NCBI GenBank assembly: GCA_976226885.1
Contig: OZ320316.1
Coordinates: forward strand, 75,144,001 to 75,208,000
Reading direction: 5' to 3'
Source: Iphione sp. A-MEVVRFRX5
Lineage: Eukaryota
Length of the DNA stretch: 64,000 nt
Part shown: positions 1 to 12,200 of the stretch, in pieces
Layout of the letters: each line of letters begins with the position of its first letter
Numbering within the stretch: position 1 is the first letter of the stretch
The notes under the pieces: generated by a model
Told to the model about the DNA's origin: nothing
Databases searched by the model: none
Seen by the model: the letters and a program-made list of their open reading frames with translations, nothing else
Translations under genes and position numbers: made by a program

Positions 1-569
1 CTCATCAGCAAATACAACAGTCTCGGTAATTAAAAGACTACCAAGCAGGGAATTTATGACAAAGGCAAAGAGCAGGGGGATTATGAGACCCCCTTGTGGT
101 AGCCCCTGTTGATCTGGTACCAAATAAGACTCTGCACCATTACAGCTCGCAAATTAAGATCTGCCCTGAAGGTAGGTTTTAATAATTTATATAATAACTC
201 CACTACTACACAAACAACTCAACAGCAAGCGATGGTTGACAACATCAAATGCATGGTTGATATCAAGAAAGACAGTCCCAACGTGGTTTACGATATTTAT
301 AGCTTCATAACAGGCTCTTATAAGCATAGCCACTGCAGTACCAGTGCCTCTTTCTTTTCAAAATCAATGCTGTTCCAGAGCCATTTGCCAGACCTCTCAG
401 GTAGTCAGTTTATTGTGAACATGTCCTTCAATACTTTTACTCATGCAGGGCGCACTAGAAATAGGTCTATAATTTTCCTTCAATGTTACAGGCTGTTTCT
501 TAAGAACAGGACTTTTCCATGCATGCAGAAAATAGCTATAATACAGTAATACGATGATAATTGCAAGTA

Positions 570-1348
570 CAGCCGCCCATCACGCCGCGGCCAGTCGGCT
601 GGGGAGACTATTCAATCGGGCGACCACTGTAGGCCAGAACAAATGAAAATTTGTACATTTCCTATATGGGACTCTCCTCCGGGGAGACCATTCGCCCAGG
701 GTGACTATTCGCCCAATGAGACAACCATTTTAAGAACAAAAGTGCTATGTTTCACAGCCTGGGGCGACCATCCATACCCTGGAGGAAGGTATTCATTGTA
801 TAAGGTGTGGGTATAGGTGTTAAGGTGACCACTACTTCCTAACAGAGCATTTGGAGGGTATTCCTTGAATAAAGTGTGGGTATAGATGTAAGGGTGACCA
901 CTCCTCCCCAACAGAGTGTTTGGAGGGTATTCCTTGAATAAAGTGTGGGTATAGATGTAAGGGTGACCACTCCTCCCTAACAGAGTGTTTGGAGGGGTTT
1001 TCATGGTTTAAGATATGGGTAGAGGTGTTAGGGTGACCACTTCCCCTAACCGAGTGTTTGAAGGGTTATTCATGGTTTAAGGTGTGGATAAAGGTGTCCA
1101 GAGGGTATACTTGTCAAAATCAGCACTTATTGGACTTTTTTGTATTTTACTCATCAAATTCAGCACTTTGGGGGCTAAAACTCGTCAAATTGAGCACTTT
1201 TTCGACTCTGATCCCTCAAATTCAGCATTTTTAGAACATGTATATGTACATGTATTTACTTTGTAGAAAATGAGGGAGACAGGGTAACCAATGGCTTAAG
1301 CCACTTTCATTTAGTCCCCTTGCTGGTCGCCTCAGGCGGAGGTGACTG
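570..1348. mobile_element. Non-autonomous Tc1/mariner-pogo-type MITE inserted into the LINE ORF2
   Basis: Flanked by TA (568-569 and 1349-1350). Imperfect TIRs: CAGCCGCCCATCACGCCGCGGCCAG versus CAGTCACCTCCGCCTGAGGCGACCAG. LINE coding resumes on both sides. Confidence 0.65.
761..1110. repeat. Minisatellite, about 6 units of 60-70 bp (core unit 69 bp)
   Basis: The G(C/T)GACCA motif recurs at 764, 825, 894, 963 and 1033; the units at 892 and 961 are nearly identical. Confidence 0.95.
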
Positions 1349-4300
1349 TATTAGATAAGTACAAATAATCAGGGCGTCTTTGAATACTGACATAGGAATA
1401 CCATGTGTACCCGCTGACTTTCAGGTCAAGCGTTCACAGAATACGACTCAACTCATCCACCCTAATAAGTGGTACATCCCAACCTTCCCTGGCAGCTGGG
1501 ATTTGTGTCCTCTGCATGTCACTAACAGCATTTCTAGCCCAGGTGGCTGTTTACAAGTACCAATAATACAAAACAGTTGGAGCCTCACGTACGTCGGTAA
1601 AATCCCCATCCTGTAGCAGTGTAATAGAGGGAGGTCTTCCATCCCTACCCTTTACATCTCTGTTAATAACTGACCAGTAGTCCATGGGCGTCTTACATCT
1701 TGCAAGTTTATGTTAAACATAATCCCTTTTGGCTTTCTTCACCAATGTGACAACCATCTTCCTATAAAAACTACCAATCCTATAACTGTCGACTGAGCAA
1801 TTCGCCTGTGCTCACTAAAAGGGAGTAATCCCTGTTCCTAATGGCATCCGGTATTTTAGGCGTCATACAAACATGTCGCTTTCTAACTTTCCCAAGTCTA
1901 ACCGAGTATAACCGATTAGTGGTTGGCATTCTCAAGCTGCCCCTATACAGGGTCAATGTTGTCAATGCTTGGATTGGGTAGGGCTTCAACCCATGTAACA
2001 CATGTAACATTCAACACATGTAATGGTCTATGACGATGACTGTTTAACCTGAGGTAGAGTGAACACATTCCTCAGTGGAGTCAATATCAGATGATTCATG
2101 GACAGAACACGACTGGTCAACATAAACACAGATACCATCACCACGGGTTTGGTAGCTGACAGTCTGTCTTTCCTACACATGTCGTAGGAAGGTACTCCCA
2201 GTGAAGCACTATCAGCCCCTGGTGTTAGCCAGGTCTCCACCAGTCCAAGAACCATTGGTTTCCTGTTGCTGAGAACGTTGTGTACCTCGTGGGGTTTTGG
2301 AAACCTCCTCCAAATGTTTCACACCAAGAATTCTCTACCTCTCATAGTTAATTACACAGGAAGAGACAAGTGTTATTATCAGCTTAGGCGGGAGGCCATG
2401 ATACACAGTACGTGACAGCCTAGTAAGTAACTAGACTTATTAAAAGTGAACGTCACTAGAGCTAGGTGAGGGAATACTTGAGCTCCTAAGACAATACTGG
2501 AAAATTAATATCTTTTTGAAAGCATCCCTCACATTCTCCAAGACTGCACCAAACACATTGGATCTAGGTCAGGTTCTGTCCAATATATGACTGTCTCTTA
2601 GCCGACAGCCTGTAATCATCACTGCTCAACTAGTCCCCAGTGTTCACCAGTGTGTGTCGTAATATATAACATTGCTGGGCCTTGGCTAATGTGATATCAA
2701 GTAACACCTGCTAATGTGATAACACCTGCTTACAACCGCGAGTCTTACCCTCAGTGCTGGTGATAGTCACCCAAAAACCTAGCCTCCATAGGGGAACTGG
2801 TAACACTGATTTTAGTTGCTACTTCATTTCTCATTGTGTACAAAAACAGGCATGGACTAGTATGAACGCTCAATACTCCAGTAGCTGTCACCCTGGTATG
2901 TAAACTTGCACTGGTGGAACTGTGACATCGGGTGCAATGCTCCAAAGAAGGCATACGCTTCGTCAGACATGGCTGAGTGTGCTTGGATCACAGTCACCCC
3001 CCTCTGGTAGATCTTCAAGTTGCCCAGGAGTGTAGTCCTTGCTATTGACCCTCGGGGTAAGGCCACGCATTGAAGACGTCTGGTATCCGCTGCTATGTTA
3101 TGTAAGAGCCTATTGATTGACCCGGCCTTTCTTGGTATATCCTCGTGAATCAGTAGGGCCTCATAGGCCTGTTGCTTGGCCAGCCTGGACCTGTTCTAGT
3201 GTACACCTTGTCATGGACGACCGCTTCCTTGAAAGTGACCATTACAGGTCTCGGGTGCTTTATTGACCCCTTGACCCTTCATGTCTATGGGTAGAAGCTA
3301 TGTTGTCCTTCTTTATATCTGCCCATGAGATGTTAAAATATCAACAACATCAGACACCACGTTGTCGTCCTGTATCTGAGGAGTCCCAGATTCACCAAAT
3401 TAAATCTCCTTCCCCTCACATTAGCTTCCAGGAGGCTCGGCACAGCTTGCATAGCTGTTGTGCTGGCCCTTGAATTGCAGTTTTCATGCATGGGATCTTA
3501 CACTCATCATGAGTCACAGAATCGTACTGAGATCCTTGCTTGTATCCTCATCCTTCGTCTTCACCTGTTGCATCTTGCCATCAAGTCTCTTGGTCAGAAA
3601 CTCAGGCACTCCTCAGAGAACAGAGCTTAGCTGCGTTTCATCTATATTGGTCAGAGACTCCTTTTCCTTGGCTAAGGTAGATGCTTTCTTAGCGACGGAT
3701 TGCTCAACCGAATCCAGTTTGGATGTCCGACTTTCAACGATATGCCCTCTGCTGCTTGTTCTCTGCCAGGAAGACTCCTATCCAGTATTCAGTTGGGTGT
3801 TCCCTGATTTGCTCTCTACTTGGTACTTTATCATGGAAGACTGAACGATCAGTCGATGATCTGTTTCCATCTGTTATGCGCGAAGCTTGATAGATAATAC
3901 TTGAGTTCTGCCACGTCCTCGACGCCACGCTATCCGTCTTCCTGGACATTATATTGACCCTAGGTCTATCCGTACCCATCGTCTACAAGAAGACCACAAA
4001 AGCTTGAAGCTTGTCAAGATAGTTGGGAGATCAACCTACGTGTTGGTGAGTTTTTTTTTATCAAAGTCCGATCAGCCTAGGCATATATTCACCCCCAACT
4101 AAACGAGCCGGCTCTAAACATGTCTGATTTATGTGACCGGCACATAGCACATGTTGGAAACCAGCCCTTAGTCCTAATTGCGTATTTCACTATGTGCCAG
4201 GGTGTCCATCTCTCAGAGACGTCCCTTCCATGTTGTATTCATGCTGTATATGCTGATCGTGGCAAGCGCCCGTCCTAGTGTGAGTTACAGAGGTCGCACT

Positions 4301-5129
4301 TGATTTTCCTAGGTTCAGTGTTGTGTTTCCAGAACTGTCATTAGATTTACCCAAAATATTACAACTTTGACTTCTCTGAATCTAAACTTCGCCCAAAATC
4401 CCTGGACGTTTACTCTTTCATGAAACGCCCCTGCATTTAGTTTTTAATATCTTGTATGGGGATTCCTGTTGGTGATCATCCTTCTATTTTTTAGACGAGG
4501 AGGGCAAGTGGTATTAATCTGCGGATTCGAATTAGAATTATTAGGTTCGGTGTTCCCCGTAAGGCTATAGTCCATGCTGACTCGAATACCCTATAAAATA
4601 TGACCCGACCAAAGTACATTTCCTTTGTTATTAGGTTTGTCTGCAACGTTGTAATTACTTGCACTCTTAATGAGCTTGCCTCATCGGTGGAAGTTTCGTC
4701 CATGGTCGGTTCCTTTTTGTTTGTAGTGTGCTCGTCCGATATCTTGTATAACCTACTCACGTGCTCTTTTCATTTGTCTGTAATGACGATGTGATCTGCT
4801 AGCAGGTAGTCTTCTTCCCACCGCTCTGTCAAAGATTGACTTTTAGAAATGTCTTGGTAGTCCTTTTGCTCTCATTGACCATTATGTCTAGAACAACTTG
4901 ACCTTTTCTTCTTCTTGACCCGTCTCCCCCTAAATTCACGTATGCCATCACGGCTTTGTCTGAAATCTGTCGAAGTCAGATGTTGAATGAATGGTTCCTC
5001 ATCTCGCTCGGGCTGCTGGATATTGTGGAGGTCCGGGATCATGCTACTAAGTGCACAAACTTCTTATCCCTGCTTCCCTGCTAACAATGACATACGGTTT
5101 GAAGGTATCTGGTCGCTGTCTTCCTCAGA

Positions 5130-6260
5130 AGGTTTCTGATGGGTTACTGAGGTAAATCACATTTATCATTATCGTGTATAGCTTTAACATTGAATACGGG
5201 TGGGCAGCACATGGTAATCATGCACACAAAAAGGAGGATTCAAAGACTAACACCCTTCACAAAGCGAGCGATGATTCCTGCATCAAGTGGTTGCAGATTA
5301 ATGATTGTGTTATAGTTTTTCACAATTGCATGGAACAAATTGAGGGTAGTGTTGTGTTCTTTCATTGCTGTCCTCATCCTGACTGTTGATGTGTTTGTTT
5401 TCTTTTCAAGCAATGTAACTCTCATCAAGACCTTTAGAGTAATTTCTTTATTTCACATTCAAGGAAGGTTTTCTAGTCAGAAACGTTTTCCTCACAGCAC
5501 TGACATTTAGCTATACAGGAAATGATAAAGGATCAGACCTTATCAGCAATTATTTTGGAGTCCGCTTCTTACCTGTATCAAGTGCATAATTTGGTACAAA
5601 TTTCGAAAAAAAACTACGTGCACTTTCGTTACAGCATCTCCCTTATGGTACATACAAGCACAGGCTTGTCCCTCACAGAATTTGACACTGGAGCAATAGT
5701 AATAGTCCCCTACTCTCCACTGCAACCTAACCAAATTTCTTCAGGATCTTCATCATAAGTTCACTCAATTGCCATGGGATAATGTCATATGACTCGAAGG
5801 GAAAAAACATCCTTCACAAAGCGAGCGATGACATACATCTGACAAGACCGAGATATTTAGTGGTCTTATTTTTAACTGTAGAAAAGAGACAAAGTACCTG
5901 GTTCATCCAGAAAAATATTTCGTTGCCTATAATATTGAAATGCATAGAGAAACTCACAAGATTTGTCACACTGCCATTTAGAAAGCGGTAGTTGTTGGCT
6001 GTATGATGAAAGTAGAGGGAAAGGGAGCCAATTCACCGAAACCTTCGTCAGGTTTTTTTCACCTAAGTCTTGTATACCATAACACATGAAAAAACACAAT
6101 CGTTGAACATATGTGAAACCCACCCATACGTTGGCATACTGCCACTCTCGCGTGAAAGCCATTCGAGGCAAAATCGTTTTGAATTGTATTGCAGTTTCGT
6201 TAAAGAACTAATCATAACTAAATTAGAAGTGCAACAACTCTCGGAAACGACAGTCTGATA
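5130..6260 (-). mobile_element. pogo/Tigger (DDE_1) transposase remnant
   Basis: Diagnostic LQPLDAGII (5270-5296), upstream YxxxNIFLDEPG (resembling IFNxDETG) and a CENP-B-like LEWL...MP..G segment; broken by stops and frameshifts; no TIRs identified. Confidence 0.7.
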
Positions 6261-9200
6261 CACATCCTTCCTTGCAATGAACAGCAGAACACTAACATCC
6301 CTCAGAGCTGATTCGGTAATAATTTAGTTTGAACATTGTAGATGCAGATGGGAAAATATTGGGAAATGTGCCAAACCAATGCATGAAGGGATGTGCAACA
6401 TCTAAGGCATGACCTGCATGACAATCGGATGGTATGTGGGAAAAACTGCCAGTGGAAAGGTCCCTTCTCTCTGCTCTGTCAAGGCGAGCCTGTTGCAGCA
6501 ACGCCTATATCAATATGCATGTATATTTAAGTACTATTGTATTTTCCCGTCCTATCCCTTGTGTTGCGTCCGAAAATTCTGTCCTGCCCACGACCATCCA
6601 AGTCGCATCCAGACTCACCCCAATTCAACTCTAGCACTTGTCCTATTACAGGTGCAGGTCCAACAGTGGCTAGTTTTCTGACACCCGAGGACAGGTCACG
6701 TGATGAGGAATAGCAAGCGAGTGGACGACCTCAGGGTCAAACCGCAATCACAGAAGTGGTTTGGAGAGTGTGACTGCATCCATTGTGAAGCTTCTTGCTG
6801 CTCAGGGGAAATTTGTGAAATTGGTTGAGGATTATCATACTCTCCAATCTTTAGTGTGCTAAGTATGCGCTGGCCATTCTCCTCTCAAACGCTTATGATT
6901 TTGAGACATTCATATTGGTTTGCAGTAATTCCTAAGGTATCTTCAATATAAATGTATATGTATGCTCTCTCAATAAAAGGCACCGTATCGAAATGTGTTG
7001 ATGTCAGTGAAGTTTATATATAAATTCGGTGTCCGTATTGGATCTTGGCTGAGACCCTTCAGCAAATTATTTAGCAGTAAATACCTATCGAGTGTCGCTT
7101 TAAATTGGTACTGTAGTGGCCACAGTCTGATAAGTAAACTCTGTAAGGCTCTTTGACATTAACGACAAGGAGAGCGACGTCACACTCCCACCCTCATGAT
7201 GTATATGTACATATATATGTATATCACTCGATAGTTTCCCTCAAATCAATGACTGGGGACAACCCACAGAGATGATCGGAGATGCACGCCAGGGCCCGCT
7301 GATTTGTGTGCATCAGAATCGACCAGGCATGCGATAGTTCAGGTAACCGCCACCTGATTGATCTGCACCGCTACAACCTGTCATAGGTGCTTTAATCCTC
7401 ACAGCAGAACAGCCGGATCACCATCTCTGACACAACGACCCCCTCTGCCATTAGTTAGCGTATCGAACTCGGCAAACGCCTAATGCAGACGGCTAGCATA
7501 GATGTCAATCGCATCGAGCGGTCACCAAGTGTGAATGATGAACGGGCAGGGCTGACTGTCCAGGCGCGTCGTAGTTAACACTCGTTATATCGTGATTAAT
7601 GGTGCTAGCACTGAGCTCACACCCAGGCCACCATCTTTACCTCCAAATATGGGCACCTATCTCCACCTACTTTACTTCACGCCCCTTCCGAATATTCTCT
7701 GGAAATTTCCTCTAGGTTTTATAGGACCAGCTACTATTCTATTCATCACATGACGTGTTATTTTCTACCTACACATCTTATTTACCACTAATTTGATTCG
7801 ATATTAAAACAACATTAACGCGTATGGCTTTCTCTCAGTCATGCTTCAGTGACTGTCCCATTGGTTCGGTTGTGTTTCATCTGTGCCCGGCTACATGCCA
7901 CGCCTCACCCAGTACTATATCGTCTCTATCACTTCCCGGTATTCAGGATGTTGACCTGTCTGATCCCCCATCACCACTTTTCGCTCGGTGCACCTTTTAC
8001 ATTCCGCCACATGATAAATATGCAAACCAGATAAAGGTCACCGCTCAGAGTTTTCCAAAGGGCAAACGCACCGGAAATTACCCGATGCGTGACGACAGCT
8101 TAGCGGACTCCTGCCCATTAGTTGATAGCCTTTCGATCATAGAGTGAAGGTCGATCATGCAGCGGTGCGGAAAGCAATGAACGACTATTGTGTTCTGAGT
8201 CACCTACATGGGAGTGGTAAAATATATTTTTTTTCCCTGTATTCGTGATGCATGCCTGGATAAAGTATTATACATGTTCAAAGGTAGTTGCCGCAACAAT
8301 ATTAATATGGAAAAACATATTCAATTCCTATCAGGAGAGAAATGACATACCCATATATGAGATTGTATGCATTGTGTGCCAAGGCTGCAAAAATTATATT
8401 TACGCATGTCGCGAACTACGACCTAATACCCATGCCTGATTCAAATGTTGACGCTTTAAGCCAGATTTTGGAAGGTTCTGTGAGTACCTAATGATATGGA
8501 CTGGAATGGGGCAATGGTTCGCATGGGTGGGACGTGAGTGCTTCGTTAAGAGAGACACACAATGTCTCCGATGATAGATTGCCCACCTGTATGAAGGGTC
8601 GGGGGCGCAGGCAAGATTGGGACAGCTCCCAGGACACCTCCGACACACCAGCGTCGTTAATCTGTCATCCAGCTCCAGGGCGAACGTCGTTGTGAAGGCG
8701 AGGAGGCCTCGGACACAAGTTGGAGCACTGGGCGAGGGGCTATGCGTATGGCACCAAAACAACTGGTGTGAAGGCACTAAAGCGCCAGGATGGATGGATG
8801 AGCCTGAGAGCTCGTTGGCATTTGGGGATGGTTCTTGGAAGCTAATCATGTTCAATTTTAATAACAAGCTCAGCGTGAGTTATGCGTCAACAGGAGCGAC
8901 ACTGTTGACTTGTGGCATCCATCCATCTTGGTGTCCAGATACTAATGTGGTTATCTCTGTCTGAGCTTGCCATAAGCTTCCGTGCCCCTACGCCTAGTGT
9001 TCATACCAAAGGCAAACTAGCAATCCATCATAGGCAGGAGATCCAAGTGGTGACTGGTCTATTTGTGCCCGGTTCTTTCTGTAGCGCACACCAACCACTG
9101 GCTCGGGGTTGTTCAGGCCCTAGTTTTCTCGGGGCGCCGCATGGACGCCAGTGTAACAGATTTATTTCTGCCCAGGCGTCTGTTATTGTCTATAGCGCTA

Positions 9201-12200
9201 TGTCGTACACATTGATGACGTCACGTGGCAGCCACATTCCCTGACTGCCGGGCGCCGCTCTGCTGGCTTTATCAGCCGGTGTCCCTCTTAGATCTGCTTG
9301 ATTAGGTAGAGTGACCAGGAAACGGCACATATCTGAGTATCAAATCGATAGATATCGACTCCGCAGTGACGCACAAGACAGTTTTAGCTCTACGAATACT
9401 ACCATTTCTCTTATCAGTTATCATTGTTTTAGATCAATTTCTTTTCCTTGAGGTAAATATTCGATGCACTGTTCTAGTTTCTATTTATAAGCTCTTTGTC
9501 ATGCAAACACGCTTTTTGACATATAAATCATCATTTAAAGGCCCATCTATAGGCCTGATGAAATATTATCAATTCTAGGCACGCACTAATGAAAAGAATG
9601 CTTCAAACAGTGGGCACCCTGACTTGAATCCATCTGTCGTACTTAGTACGACTGAGCGGTGCCCTTTAAGAGGGCGATTTATGGCTCACGTTATGACCAC
9701 TAGAGGCGCTGTCCTCATGACGGATGTGCTGACTCACGCCGTTAGTCAAACGTCTGACATGCACTGATTCCCATCGAAAATGTGTATTCATACGCCAATT
9801 GCACGCACGTCTATCGAAATGCAGCGCGGCCATATTGGGATTAATTCCTGACATGCGCGCACGCGACGGCTACAAAGCATCAGGTTTCGGGCGCTCTCGT
9901 GAAAAGCGGAATTGCTTAGTGGGAAGAGGTGGCTTAGTCACTGCACTATTGTACCACTGATGGTGCACCATGCCAAGACATTACCTGCATCCATTGGAGT
10001 CCGTGTTATCACTGCTTCTGACCGATCCTATAATCTCGTTTGTGGTGCTTAAAGAACTAGCATTATGACAGTACATCCTATTCTCCTTGTGTAACATAAT
10101 GCACCACATATTATATGGTCCCAGGGCGGTTTTCTATTGTTCAGTAGTCTTCGTTATTCATTTTGTTGCATATTGCGTCTGAAAGCATACATTACAAACA
10201 CCAAAACCTGCTATTCCATCTAAAATGGCTCAGAACTGTGACTTTAGAAAATATTGTGTACGTGTATTCGATTCATCAACCAATACTATTCAAACAACAA
10301 TTTATGTTCATGTACGAATGTCACATGGATAATATTAGTCATTCAAATAATTCTGTTGTAAATGCACTCAATTTAATTTATTTGCAAAGAGGAAAATGAC
10401 ATTGTAAATCCCGAAAATTTATGTTTTATGTTTGCTCGGAAGAAATTATTTGTCTTCATATGCATTTGTATTGACAGGTATATATGATTTGTGAGATCAT
10501 TCATGAACTGAACTTCATCTATTTGAACATTGGTTTTCTTTTTGCGTTGCCCTGTTTACATCAGTGTAACAAGTAAAACTATAGTAAAACATCGTAGACT
10601 AAAGGAAATGTTTACAATTTAGTATTTTACTGAATAGTATTTTAGGTTTTGATATCTTGAATTCTTGGTAAATACTACATTTGTGTTCCGTGTTTATTTC
10701 TTGTTTCCTATTTCTAAAAACAACAAGAGTGATAGCAGGTAGAAGTGGTTCTCTTCTGTTTCCATCTACCACAGTACCCCGTGTTAAACCTCATTGTAAA
10801 TGCTAGACACCTCGGAAAGATATTGTTGAAACTGGTAGTTTATGTAATACTGACGTGACGTCTAGATTATATTTTCTCTCACAAAAAATACATAGGGTAT
10901 AGACCCTTCGCCTAGGCCCATTACAAAGATGCATCATTTACCAGTGACCTAAATATAGCACACAGGGCACAGAAAGCCCTGCTGCGACAAACACTGTGCA
11001 TATATGGTGGATGTTCCAAACAGAGTAACATAGCATCCTAATTCTCAGGTGAATATTCAAAAAGTGTAAAAGGTAGGAACACATATTTTGGCATATCTGT
11101 AGAAAACATATTAAGGATCTTTTGATCGAATTTTAAGAGATTTCTATAAAGAATTGACAGAATAACAGCGGTGGAAAGTTGGGATTGACTGTCACTCGAA
11201 AGTTGACTGTCACTCAAATGTTAAGGCAGCGTATATCTTGATCACCTCTCACCACAACATCTAGCATGAGGCAAAGGGTCAATGGAGGGATAGCTGAAGT
11301 GACAGCCACAACATCACTACGCACATGTTTATGTTTACCTTTTTCAGACAATATCTGCAAATAGCGCAGTACCATTGGTGGGTTTCCTATTATGACGTCA
11401 CAAATAGTAAAAAATCATTGTAGTAGCGGCGTCTGGCAATCCCTCCATTGCACTAGACTTTCCATACACACAACAATCTTCGGAATGAATGTAATATACT
11501 TTTCAGTAGTAAACCTACCAGTCCTGGTCAAGGTCCCAGGACAAAGTTATTCCTCTTGCCTTTATACCACCAATATTATGGAGAAAACGTAATATGTTTG
11601 GAAATAAATGCATGATGTCCAAATGTTTTCTCAGTGAAAAATTAATCCGTTAACATGATGCAGTGGTCCAGCTCTATTTTACATGATGATTTCACTTGTA
11701 CACGCCATATCCCGTCAAGAGGAAAGTACATGTCCATTTCAAATATGGCCGCCATCTGCAATTTTATTTGTGCGTATATGGACTAATTGTATATATTATT
11801 ATATACAGTACATCGCGGCTGTCAAAGGGTGTGAACAACTAATACTAGGATTAGCACTGACCTACGTCATACCCTTATGCAGTCAAGTAGAACCAATGAA
11901 AGTAGTCAACCTTGTTAATCGGACTCCCCCCGTTTCTGCAAATTTAATATATTTAGGGGATAATTCGGTTGGAAAAACAATATCTCCTAGTGAGGAAATG
12001 TTGCATAATAATGAAGTACATGTATACATTTTTGTTTGCATCATCCACTGAATGCTCCAATGACCCTATACATTTAAACCCTATCCCTTTGATTATTCCT
12101 GTTTGTCTCTTTGGTTGGGAAGTTGTGGCTGACTCACCTGAATTCCTACAATATCAAAGAGACCCCCTTCCCATCTGGATGACACCCTGTGTTGTCTCTA

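Larger units (their letters stand above)
1..4000 (-). mobile_element. Degenerate CR1/L2-like non-LTR retrotransposon (ORF1 plus ORF2 EN-RT), running off the window start
   Basis: Minus-strand motifs in colinear order: ORF1 coiled coil and LEANVRGRRFNL, PRPVMVTFK (about 3100-3760); esterase-like CVALPRGSI...VTVIQAH (about 2850-3120); endonuclease LGLVETWL...YDMCRKDR (2028-2290); VKKAKRDY (about 1730); SAGTHGIPMSVFK (about 1390); ENYRPIS...SK (about 450); VFLDINHAFDVVNH (about 250); GLPQGG..PLLF...VVFADE (1-110). Many stops and frameshifts; 5' boundary approximate. Confidence 0.9.

Noticed and set aside
109-549. 146-aa plus-strand ORF
   Set aside because: It is antisense to the decayed LINE reverse transcriptase and has no motif of its own.
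705-1004. Repetitive 99-aa ORF (PPNTLLGRSGHPYIYTHTLFKEY units)
   Set aside because: It is a translation of the 69-bp minisatellite; the unit length is divisible by 3.
6292-6501. HAGHALDV resembling the LINE endonuclease GHTLDL motif
   Set aside because: It is a single weak motif with no flanking LINE motifs.
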